Origin: Antedon mediterranea
Taxonomy: Eukaryota > Animalia > Echinodermata
Length of the DNA: 64,000 nucleotides
Direction of reading: 5' to 3'
NCBI RefSeq assembly: GCF_964355755.1
Contig: NC_092673.1
Span: 17,109,648-17,173,647, forward strand
Below the pieces are notes generated by a model, which had not been told where the DNA came from, did not search any database, and saw only the letters and a list, made by a program, of their open reading frames with translations. This document shows positions 25,701 to 35,520 of the stretch, one piece after another. Position 1 is the first letter of the stretch. The number at the start of each line of letters is the position of its first letter. Made by a program: the position numbers and the translations under genes.

Positions 25701-28700
25701 CAACAAACAATTTGTAAAGAGATATTCAGACAGCTGGAGTTTGATTATGGACTTTGAACATAAAGGGATCATTGATGAGGATTTCACAAAAATGATCAAA
25801 TTTCTTGATGTTTTAGAAAGAAATGGAATGACATGGGCCAGAAAGATTTTCTTTGATGGTTGGTTGGTTTATTTGTTTTTAGTTCATCATCATGGTTCAT
25901 TGTTAAAACATATAGTACATACTGTAGTACACTTCAATCAAGTAAAAGTATTGTAACCAATTAAACATTTTAGGCAGATTCAAATTATTATGATGTCCCT
26001 GTCTGTCTGCTATTATAGTTGATTAAGGATATCAACCAACATTCAGTTAAATGGCAATTAGGCTGAATTGAATGACAAGTTAGTAAAATAACAATAATAT
26101 GCTCAATGAGTCCAATGGAAAATGAACTGAACTGAAAAGTGTGTGTGTATTCCATGATATTATCCCTATACATCAGATTGACCCAAACCTTTGAAACATA
26201 ATAATCTGCATTTTAAATTTGTGAATGCCTCTAAATTCCTATAAAACCCAGTATACCATTTGAGGGTCAAATTAGTACCGACTCTGAGGCTGATTCAGAC
26301 CTTTACTAATGCAAGAGGATCATTAAGTTGTATAAGAAAGCCACAGGTTGAGAGCATACCCATCACCACCTCAGTGCCAATTTATGCAGCCGGACACTTA
26401 AACCATTATAAACTTTTTAGGCAGATTCAAATTATTAGGATGTCCCTGTCTGTCTGCTATTATAGTTGATTAAGGATATTAACCAACATTCAGTTAATTG
26501 GCAATTAGACTGAATTGAATGACAAGTTAGTAAAATAACAATAATATGCTCAATGAGTCCAATGGAAAATGAACTGAACTGAAAAGTGTGTGTGTATTCC
26601 ATGATATTATCCCTATACATCAGATTGACCCAAACCTTTGAAACATAATAATAATCTGCATTATAAAATTGTGAATGACTCATAATTCCTGTAAAGCCCA
26701 GCATACCATTTGAGGGTCAAAGTACCGACTCTGAGGCTGATTCAGACCTTTACTATTGCAAGAGGATCATTAAGTTGTATAAGAAAGCCACAGGTTGACA
26801 GCATACCCATCACCACCTCAGTGCCAATTTATGCAGCCGGACACTTAAACCATTATAAACTTAAGTTTAGATTATATGGCAGCATAAATGTTGTAAAATT
26901 ATAGAGATCAACACTTCTGCCTATCCCAGTTTATTTACATTTCCTAATTAAAAAAAAGTTTCTTTGTGTCAATGACAATTAGCTTACTGAAACACTTCTT
27001 TTAATCATCATCCATCCTACTGTAGGTGGATTGAAAAATCCAGAAGTCATCCAGTAGTCATACTCTACATAATTATATGTATTCTAAATGTATATGTCTT
27101 CTGGTACAGGCATGTCTTTTGGTACTGGCACATCTAGGTCTTATGATGCAAGTGTGTCTTCTGGTGCAGGCGCATCTTCTGGTGCAGGTGTGTCTTCTGA
27201 TGCAGGTGTGTCTTATGGTGCGTAAAAAAACAACATTTCCCGCACAATTTCACATAAATATCTGTATTCTGACAGATTTGCAAAATTTGTAGTTAACATA
27301 TTTTAGACAAACTTCCCAAACAAAAGTTGCGGAAAGAAGTATAAAGAAAAAAAAAGAAATCTTTATAATCACAATGGAACCAATCAAGTTGATGATATAA
27401 CTATTTATTACACCTAAGTATATTCTTGTCATTTTATTGAACAATTGGGTCACATGATGTAAAAATAACTGAACTAAATGTTATATACAATACATGTACT
27501 GCAATTTTGCGGTGGAAATTACTATTTAAATCTTTTTGCTATTTTAGGTTATTTAAAGTTGATGCTTATTTTTGCTTAACAATAAAAATGAATGAAATGA
27601 AAATTAATGTTGGGACTAAAAAATTGATGGTATATTTAACCGCTCTATACCTTTAGATTCAGACTTGCATCAAGATCACTATAGCCGACTGAAAAAAAAC
27701 ATAGCATCCTTAGGTTTAACAGAAAGAAAGAATGTTTCCGGAGACGGCAATTGCTTTTTCTATTGCATACAAGATCAATTGGAAAGAATGCAACTGCCTG
27801 TACAACCTGTAGCAAACATGAGAACTGAAATTGTAAACTTTTTGCAACAATTGGTGAGATTAAAACTTTATACAATACTATACAATAAATGTGCAATAAA
27901 ACATTACTATTATAGGTGTTAATTATTAAACTCTTTACATATTTCAGGATAACAACGACCCACTTAAGGAACATGTAAATGATCATTACCTACATAACCT
28001 TGAACAAGATGGAACTTGGGTTGATGAAGTTGCAGTGCGTGCAATGGCCAGGGTTCTCAAATGCAACATAAGGATAGTTACAAGCCAGAAACAAAGTTCT
28101 GAATCTGGATATTTGTTCAATGACATCAAAGGAAATTTGAACTCTGATGACCAGCAGCTTCTTCTTGGTCTGATAGATGAAGATCATTATGTTAGTTTAG
28201 GTAGGATATATGGACCTCTAGATCCCCCGAAATTGTTGTACTCTTATACTTTAAAAATGTCAGTACCATTACTATTTTGGGGTTATTGTCACCGGCTAGT
28301 CATCCATTCATAGAAGTACTAATGTAGTAGCCTACCTGTACGGTGACCATAGAATGTGACCCGAGGCATGACTAACTACGACTTTTAGATGATAGAAAGT
28401 TGAGAAAAAATGTTACGAGTAGTTGTACGACATGAAGATGTTTATGAAATTATGTCAATAATGTTTACACACTAGGCATACAATAGTAATATTCTTAAGG
28501 GGTCATGGTACAGGATTTGGCACTTAAGAATTACGTTTTCTCGGTGGGGTAAACGTACTTATTGTATTGCCCAAGGTTATATTGATGTACTCGATTATGC
28601 TAATTAAAATGTTAATTAGCGCTAATTAATGGCTTTCTTAAGTGGACTATAGGTACAGGAGTTGACACTTAAGAATGACGGATCTTCAATTAGACTCTAA

Positions 28701-31700
28701 AAATAAACATTTTTGCATTGTTTCACATGTGTACTCATTATGTTAATTAAGTCTAGGTGGGACATATATTGATCTTTGACCCTTTCTTAAGGGGTCATGG
28801 TACAGGATTTGGCACTTAAGAATTACGTTTTCTCGGTGGGGTAAACGTACTAATTGTATTGTCAAAGGTTTCATCGATGTACTCGACCATGCTAATTAAA
28901 ATGTTAATTAGCGCTAATTAGTGGCTTTCTTAAGTGGACTATAGGTACAGGAGTTGACACTTAAGAATGATGGATCTTCAATTAGACCCTAAAAATAAAC
29001 ATTTTAACATTGGTTTCATTTATGTACTCAATTATGCTAATTAAATCAAATTTTGGGGTATTTTGAGCGCCCCTCCCTAGAGTTGGTACAGGGGCGGGAA
29101 CTTAAGAACGGCCGTTTGATGGTCCCTGGACCCCACTTGACATATTCTATGCCTCAGACCTTTTGTACTCGCAATGCTAAACAAATCTTCATGGGCTCCC
29201 GGATTATACTAGTAGAATCATTATTGATAATCTATACGTTGTTACAACATGCTGTTATTAGCTGTGATATCTTCATTCCTCTTACCAGTAGTAGTACTAT
29301 CAGAATCATTATTGATAATCTATACATTGTTACAACATGCTGCTATTAGCTGTGATATCTTCATTCCTCTTACCAGTAGTAGTACTATCAGAATCATTAT
29401 TGATAATCTATACATTGTTACAACATGCTGCTATTAGCTGTGATATCTTCATTCCTCTTACCAGTAGTAGTACTATCAGAATCATTATTGATAATCTATA
29501 CATTGTTACAACATGCTGTTATTAGCTGTGATATCTTCATCCCTCCTACCAGTTGTACTAGCAATTTATAATTTATTTAATAATGTCAAGATAGTTAAAA
29601 TTAAAACAAATGTTAATGTTGGAAGTTCAATGTTTAAATAGGCCATATATTTATAAAAACATATTCTTATATTTTAATAGGTAATATATAATTTTATCTT
29701 TCAAAAACTTGTTTGTGTATTAATAGTTTTAAGTACAGTATTACAATAGTTTTTTCTATGGAAAGACTTTAATATGTGGATAAGGTTTGGATTATCACTA
29801 CAATGCAAGAACGTAGACACAACATAAGTAATTTGACCAATGACAAGTGAAGGATTGGATAGGTCTCATATTAGCTGTGTATTGCAACCTATATCTTTGT
29901 ATTGCATCCATGTGAGATGCTCAAGTGATTATAGTTAAACAATGTATGCAGTGGAACTGTCAATATTCCACCACAGACTGTACAATGGCATTGTGTACTA
30001 TAAACTTTTTTCTAATTAGTAAATGTACATCTCATTTTAATCATTTTTAGGCAGTGATGATAAGGACCAAAATGAAGGCACATCATCCAGTCACCAATCC
30101 ACACCAAGAGAAGGTAAGTTACTAGTGGATAAAGATTATGATATGAGAAAGTCTCTCAACCTTACAACTTTACTTCCTTTATGAAAACACATGGTGTACT
30201 GGTAACCTGACTTTACTAGTGTTTATTTGCACTCTGCACACCTTCAAACAATATATAATATAATAATAAAAACCTTTAAACAATATAATCATATAGTATA
30301 GTATGCAACACAAGAACGTAGGCACAACATAAGTAATTTGACCAATGACAAGTGAAGGATTGAATAAGCTCAGATGAGCTGTCACTTGTTGTAGATTACT
30401 CGCATAGCAATTTTATCTTTGTGCTCAAGTGATTAGATAGGTAAACATTGTATGCAGTGGATACCTCTTGTAAGTCCCCCCTCCCCCTATCAGCTGAATC
30501 CGTCATAAGCAGACACCTCTATAAAATACTTTTTCTGGACCCAAGGATGTCCACTTATAGAAGGTTAAACTGGAATATTTTTTATTTTATTTGCAGATGA
30601 AATTGGGCCAACGAAAAGAAAAAGAAGAAAAACAGGTCAAGGTGATTAATTGAAATTAGTATATTTAAACTAAATAGACATAATATACATAATAAACTAG
30701 TAATCAAGTATTTGCCTTTGTTAATGCCAATGACTAGTGCTTTTTATTTTAGCAAAAGATAATTTATCAATGTTCAAAGGCAACAACAGAACTCGCTGTC
30801 GACATAATTCAACAGCACAGACAATTGTAAAAAGGCATTGTGTACTATAAATATTTTCCTAATTTGAAATATACATCTTATTTTGATCCTTTTTAGGCAG
30901 TAGTGATAAGGACCAAAATGAAGGCACATCATCCAGTCACCAATCCACACCAAGAGAAGGTAAGTTACTAGTAGATAAAGATTATGATACGAAAAGAGTT
31001 TCTCAACCTTACAACTTTACTTCCTTTTGGAAACACATTTTATATACGCCTAACCTGACTTTACTAGTGTTTATTTGCACTCTATGCAAACCTTTAAACA
31101 ATATAATCATATATTATAGTGATGATGATATGATACTGACAAAGAAATTGATGTTTAAATGATGAATTTCTAGGATTATATTATTATATAATAAAAAGAA
31201 TAATACTAATTATTAACATAAGATAACAAAATAATGGGAATGGTATTTAGTTTTACTGTTATTTCTAAAGCTGATTATAAGGTTGTGCATGTAGAACATT
31301 ATTTCTATAAAAAAAAACAAGCGAGACAAGGTAGTTAATTCTCCACAATTTATTTTAACATTTTATCAGGTGATTATTTGATCACACCTGTGGTCAAAAA
31401 CGTTTGTGATCACATTTTAAAATAAACTACCTTGTACGTACTTTTTTTTTGGATATTACATATTTTCGTATGCAGCATCATTTATATATTATTTCATAAT
31501 ATTGGAACTTTTTTTCAACCATATAGATTTCTCAGAGGATGATTTTAGACAGTTGATTGCAGACTTTGCAAAATGGTTTGATGATCGTGGTCTCCTTAAC
31601 AGACTACAAGTTCTATTCATAGAAATGGTAGACGACATTGAAGAGTTGAAAAGGGTTACCAGTACAACTGAACTGTTAGCTCTTTTATCTGCGAATGGGC

Positions 31701-32035
31701 AATTGAGTCAAACAAATCTGTCTGTACTGTATGATGCAATAAAAGTAACTAAACAATTTGGCTTTCAGTCAGTCAATAGAGAAAAGCTTCATCCTTTCAA
31801 AAATATCAAGAAGCGTAAGGTAGCTTCATTTTCAGCACACACAAAAAAGATTTTTAATCTTGGAAAAAGTATTAGTGATTCAGATGTAAAAACTCTTGAT
31901 GGGCGATACAACTTCCCTGTCCTTAAGGGGTATACTGACAGCTGGAGTTTAATTTTGGATTTTGTTCCTCGAGGGTTGCTGAGTAAAGACAAAATTAAAT
32001 CTGTTAAGAAGATGTTGAAAGATGAGAAAAAGTAG
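7233..32035 (+). CDS. Multi-exon tandemDED-Roc-COR-tandemDED-OTU-tandemDED protein (ROCO-family GTPase fused to a deubiquitinase); may be a pseudogene or null allele because of TGA at 7763-7765
   Basis: Hand-spliced exons, all AG/GT with matching phases: 7233-7787, 9680-9848, 11010-11095, 11591-11655, 11915-12527, 13113-13261, 14209-14298, 14470-14649, 14871-15122, 16024-16209, 16491-16619, 16871-17173, 18606-18677, 19361-19574, 24754-24792, 25319-25858, 27110-27217 (uncertain), 27657-27853, 27948-28200, 30051-30113, 30597-30641, 30897-30959, 31527-32035 (TAG). Total 4,880 nt. Candidate ATG at 7274, but upstream exons may exist. Confidence 0.75.
8812..9036. mobile_element. Small MITE-like element
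   Basis: Imperfect TIR TTGTTGTATTCGATTGAGACTT / AAGTTCCCATTCGAATACGACAA with internal CGTTGAG/CTCAACG repeats. Confidence 0.5.
9446..9598 (+). mobile_element. tRNA-derived SINE
   Basis: tRNA-like head TGGTGGTTAACATGCTTGCCTTCCAA..GGGATTCAATCC (A/B-box-like), an unrelated body, then AATAAA and a poly-A tail. Confidence 0.6.
9680..15122 (+). CDS. Roc (Ras of complex proteins) GTPase domain exons
   Basis: G1 LKVIGQEGVGKT, G2 EHKVTDGI, G3 IWDHGGQLIYHGLHRMFM, ALYIVVFDLS strand, G4 ILIVGTHTG, G5-like YFAIEN, then VPLKW at the COR boundary. Confidence 0.88.
10312..10485 (+). repeat. Short dispersed repeat (second copy at ~60754-60925)
   Basis: Both copies start TAGACTCT..CCCAGACGTTTTTTGGGTC and end GGGAC.TAGC.GGCTAGAGC.GC.GCG.GAAAA. 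Confidence 0.7.
10495..11035 (+). repeat. ~78-bp minisatellite, ~7 units, ending on the acceptor of exon 11010
   Basis: Unit CATAATGTTTACAGCACTTAAAAGTGACCCAAGTTCACTATTGGTTTCAAATGATTTTCACTTCAGATTTAGCCCAAG. Confidence 0.9.
11915..12527 (+). repeat. Coding 18-bp minisatellite exon encoding (DDNHNN)n, ~27 units, inside the Roc domain
   Basis: Unit GATGACAACCACAACAAT. Exon bounded by gtgttag and gtaatg, 613 nt, phase 0 to phase 1, matching its neighbours. The D/N/H frame is stop-free and unit-length variants are multiples of 3. Confidence 0.8.
13496..13850 (-). mobile_element. Degenerate RTE-type LINE 3' fragment
   Basis: Minus strand INAFEMWCLRKML and ELKEAALNRSV, ending in a (TAAG)n-like tail; several stops. 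Confidence 0.65.
16024..19574 (+). CDS. COR domain exons plus Cys-rich C-terminal segment
   Basis: LLTFLYDLGEIVYM..AVLDPMQLVEIVTAFV, FLVALMIQLGFIC, SFFVPLRL and YYDFKGYLPDVLFPYMI are COR-like motifs. Last exon reads CILCEC..CQHEKLTCSK. Confidence 0.82.
18520..18557 (+). mobile_element. Helitron-like 3' end (hairpin ending CTAG|T)
   Basis: CTAGAGGG..GCGAGCGAAGCGAGC..CCCTCTAG followed by T. The same design occurs on the minus strand at 51666-51702. 5' end not located. Confidence 0.45.
19725..24465. repeat. Intronic 103-bp satellite, ~46 near-identical copies
   Basis: Unit GCTGCATACCCCACCTTAACTAGCACCATGGAGCTAACTCCAGTGATTTCAAGATATTTACCAATTACTTCATGTWTTTACTGTATCTATKGTAAATGTTATT. Period measured at 19827, 19930, 20033. 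Confidence 0.97.
25319..25858 (+). CDS. Exon encoding tandem DEDs (module 2)
   Basis: DISDEDFWQLLTDTAEWYD..KLKLLYKDHL..WDLLHDLTASGNLSPSNLTLLYD..LTPFRQNIYQLGEELKEDEVSKLDFLY..WSLIMDFEHKGII. Phase 1-1, 540 nt. Confidence 0.8.
25968..26861. repeat. Intronic tandem duplication, 2 x ~447 bp
   Basis: TTTAGGCAGATTCAAATTATTA..AAACCATTATAAACT occurs twice with few differences. Confidence 0.92.
27657..28200 (+). CDS. OTU-family cysteine protease (deubiquitinase) domain, two exons
   Basis: Cys box VSGDGNCFFYCIQDQL, central DGTWVDEVAVRAMARVLKCNIRIV, His box LLLGLIDEDHYVSL. 94-nt phase-0 intron at 27854-27947. Confidence 0.88.
28330..29210. mobile_element. Probable DNA-transposon fragment with two ~292-bp internal repeats
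   Basis: TTCTTAAGGGGTCATGGTACAGGATTTGGCACTTAAG at ~28492 and ~28784. Right end ..GGCTCCCGGATTATACTA (TAG terminus on the minus strand). No matching left terminus found. Confidence 0.45.
29207..29555. repeat. 88-bp minisatellite, ~4 copies
   Basis: AGAATCATTATTGATAATCTATACATTGTTACAACATGCTG..CTTACCAGTAGTAGTACTATC repeated. Confidence 0.9.
30456..30572. mobile_element. Degenerate Tc1/mariner-pogo-type MITE
   Basis: CAGTGGATACCTCT ... AGAAGGTTAAACTG imperfect TIR with ATAAG..GACAC subterminal motifs. Confidence 0.4.
31527..32035 (+). CDS. Terminal exon encoding tandem DEDs (module 3), paralogous to module 2
   Basis: DFSEDDFRQLIADFAKWFD..GQLSQTNLSVLYDAIKVTKQFGF..YTDSWSLILDF aligns by eye with the 25319-25858 exon (ISDEDFWQLL, GNLSPSNLTLLYDTIKITEQFGF, YSDSWSLIMDF). 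Ends in TAG. Confidence 0.8.
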
Positions 32036-32137
32036 AGGTGACTTTGGATTGGTTTATAGTTTACCATTAGTGCAATTGATATAACTATGCAAGCAAACAA
32101 TGGACTGCAATAACATAAATAATGAAAATAATAATTA

Positions 32138-32746
32138 TTTAGGGAACACTTGACAACTTTACACACTTCACATGGCCTATTGTAGCTAATGAGATTTAAA
32201 GCCATTCATGTTTACAGTTTTTATTTAGGGAACACTTTGACAACTTTACACACTTCACATGGCCTATTGCAGCTAATGAGATTTAAAGCCATTCATGTTT
32301 ACTGTTTTTATTTAGGGAACACTTTGACACTTTACACACTTCACATGGCCTATTGCAGCTAATGAGATTTAAAGCCATTCATGTTTACTGTTTTTATTTA
32401 GGGAACACTTTGACAACTTTACTCACTTCACATGGCCTATTGCAGCTAATGAGATTTAAAGCCATTCATGTTTACTGTTTTTATTTAGGGATCACTTTGA
32501 CAACTTTACACACTTCACATGGCCTATTGCAGCTAATGAGATTTAAAGCCATTCATGTTTACTGTTATTATTTAGGGAATACTTTGACAACTTTACACAC
32601 TTTACATGGCCTATTGCAGCTAATGAGATTTAAAGCCATTCATGTTTACTGTTTTTATTTAGGGAACACTTTGACAACTTTACACACTTCACATGGCCTA
32701 TTGCAGCTAATGAGATTTAAAGCCATTCATGTTTACTGTTTTTATT
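32138..32746. repeat. 87-bp minisatellite, 7 copies, just downstream of the stop codon (possible 3' UTR)
   Basis: TTTAGGGAACACTTTGACAACTTTACACACTTCACATGGCCTATTGCAGCTAATGAGATTTAAAGCCATTCATGTTTACTGTTTTTA repeated. Confidence 0.95.
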
Positions 32747-33004
32747 TTTTGGAAATATTAATCACTAGAAACTTTCCAAATTGAGCTCTCATTTCTTTAA
32801 CGATATAATTGTAATATTATTATTGAATAAGCAGCCGTTTCTTTAGCGATATAATGTCCTGTATTGTAATATAATGTATATGTATCGTACCTCAGTGTAT
32901 GTATTGTAATATCACAATGCAGGTAGTAAGTACACTATTGTCTGAGCAATGAGCAACCGTTTATTTGTCAATGTAATGTTAGCATATTTGTTTGTACAGA
33001 TACT

Positions 33005-33573
33005 AATAGTTACACCCTGCTTGTTCACGGAATACGGGAAATATCTACGTTCTGGTTCCATATTCCAAAAGGCCGAAGGCCGAATGGAATATGGAACCAG
33101 AACGTACATATTTCCCGTATTTTATCTCTTAGTGTACACATATAAGCAATTGGACAAGAGACAAAGAAAAAAAACAAATATATACAGTATCTTGTGTCAT
33201 AAATTTAATTAAACTTGGTCTAAGCTTCCGTATACAAAAAATTGTTCCAAACAGAAATCGACGACCTTTATTTCCATCCATTTTTACCTCTAGCTATCAC
33301 AACAACAATAGGGAGATTTCGACGATTACGATTAGCTTTTTTTACAGACCGTCGAATACGGGTTCATATTCGATGGTTGAAATCACAACTACGCATGCGC
33401 TCAACGATAAAAATACAATACATGAACAACGCGCGCGTAGAAACATCAAACAGGTAATACGGGATATATTACCTTTCTGATCTGCTTGACTGAGTAAATG
33501 GGCGTAATACGGAATTATATCTCATACATATTCACCAATCGGATTACAGAATTCACGTACACTAAGAGATAAA
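33005..33573. mobile_element. Unclassified non-autonomous element made of two abutting inverted-repeat pairs
   Basis: 37-bp stem 33031-33067/33085-33121 (one mismatch, loop contains GGCCGAAGGCC), directly followed by a perfect 17-bp IR TTTATCTCTTAGTGTAC at 33121-33137/33557-33573. Confidence 0.6.
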
Positions 33574-35520
33574 GTATAATATTATACATATTTTATGCAA
33601 CCGTAAGATTAAAGCTTTGCTTTTTTTTATTGGTTTCCATTTTATATTAATTTGGTATTTGTTTGTTTAAATGAATTTGAATAACATTAGCTATGTATGT
33701 GTTTAATCGCCCTTAACATTTTTTGGGAAATTGTTTTTAAATGAAAACAAACTAACTGCATAAAACGATAATGCAATATAGAATTCATTTTATGTTTACA
33801 ACTTCAACATTTCAATTTAGCACAAATGACCCACCATTTGTACCTATCTAGTGAGTAGCTCAACATTTAAAAGTTTATTTGGTTTAGATGCAGTTTATTT
33901 ATTTGTTGACCTTCACCTTTGAATCAGTGACACAAAAAGTGTTGCAGTCAAGTTTAAAAACAAACAGAAAATATGAAATTAAACAATGAAAAGGGAAAAG
34001 AAATTGGAAGTAAAAAATGTTAAAATTAAAGCTAATCAGAAGAAAATGACTTAAGTACTTTATTAATATGACAAAAATGACTTAAGTAATTTTATTATAA
34101 TAAAATTACTGGAATATTTAGAAGCAGCAATACAAGCAATCATTAGGATTTGTTTATTTTAATTATTTTCATTTTGTATATATATAAATAGTTCACTATA
34201 TAATATCTCTATACATAAAGTGATAAAGCTGTGAGTAAAGATTCTCAGCTATTTTGTTAGATTTTCCCAAAGTCTGTATTGTTTTTTTTTCTATTTATTT
34301 GTTTTTATTTCGACCGCGATTTTTGTCTGAAAATACACCAAACTCAAGTAATACATGTATGAAACGCCATATGTGCAAAAATATTTATATTTTTACTAAT
34401 ATTAAGAAAAAACTCCGTCTGGAGCCCAGACTACTATTTTGTATACATTTGTACATTACAGTGATAAAATATTACATAAAATGTAAATAAGATGATTTAT
34501 TTCTGTATAAAGAAAATTGTAACAATAAATAATTTATATTTTGATTCATTGTATCAGTCATTGTGTTTTGTGTGTATAGCAATATAAAGGATTATTTGTG
34601 TGTGTTACATTGTCTGCTACATTGATTTGTAACTGTAAAATACAGTCAACTCTCCAACCCAAAACATTTATGAAAACTCTTAACAAGTCCATTTTAAAGA
34701 CCAGAATTCCTTTCTTGCTTTTATAAAATGTTTTTAATAAATCATACTTTTTAGCTTGGATGAAGTGTGTCTGGCTTCAGGAAGGTTGGCTCTATACTTT
34801 AATTGATATAATAGATGTTATCTTGCCAGTTTTGTCTAGAATAAACATTTTGTTGTTTTCTTATTTTGCAATTATACATTTTCAGCCTTAAAATTGCTTT
34901 TTTTTCTACCCATAATACAAATATAAAACAAATCAATGCAAAATTTTGAGTAATAAGACTATAAAAAATAGAGAGGTAAAATATGCTGGAACTGGAATCT
35001 TACTGGAGGCTTACTTGTCTTGTAATCAAATTAATTTGTGTTATGTATATTGGAAAACAAAACAGGACAAGATAGAAGCACAAAATCAAATGTAAAATTG
35101 GAAATTACTCTTTATAAAAGAAAGATTATTTTGGAAGAGGTGATGTATTATATTATCATTGATGTTTGATAAGAAATGTAGGCCTATTACAATTTACAGC
35201 AATATAATATTTGTATCCATTTTACCATGAAGAAATAATCTTATTAACCCGGAGTTTCCCCTTGATTAGGTTTTTTTGATGCGACTGTGGCCAATGCTCT
35301 CCGATTTTGACATGGACCTATTCTAATTTATAGGTCCATGATTTTAGGATTTTAGAGATAAACATTGATTGCGCCCTCAATAAAGTATAGCCAACAATAA
35401 GCCAGCCAACAATAAGCCAGCCCACTTATTTTTTCCAGCCAACAATAACTATGAAACGCAGTTTGTGCATTCTTTACATTTTCATTGTTACTTATGGCTT
35501 TTATAGTATTAGGAATTAAA

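Noticed and set aside
32353-32784. 143-aa repeated ORF (and similar ORFs at 29249-29525, 53122-53926, 59565-60410)
   Set aside because: Products of tandem repeats with no splice or domain support.
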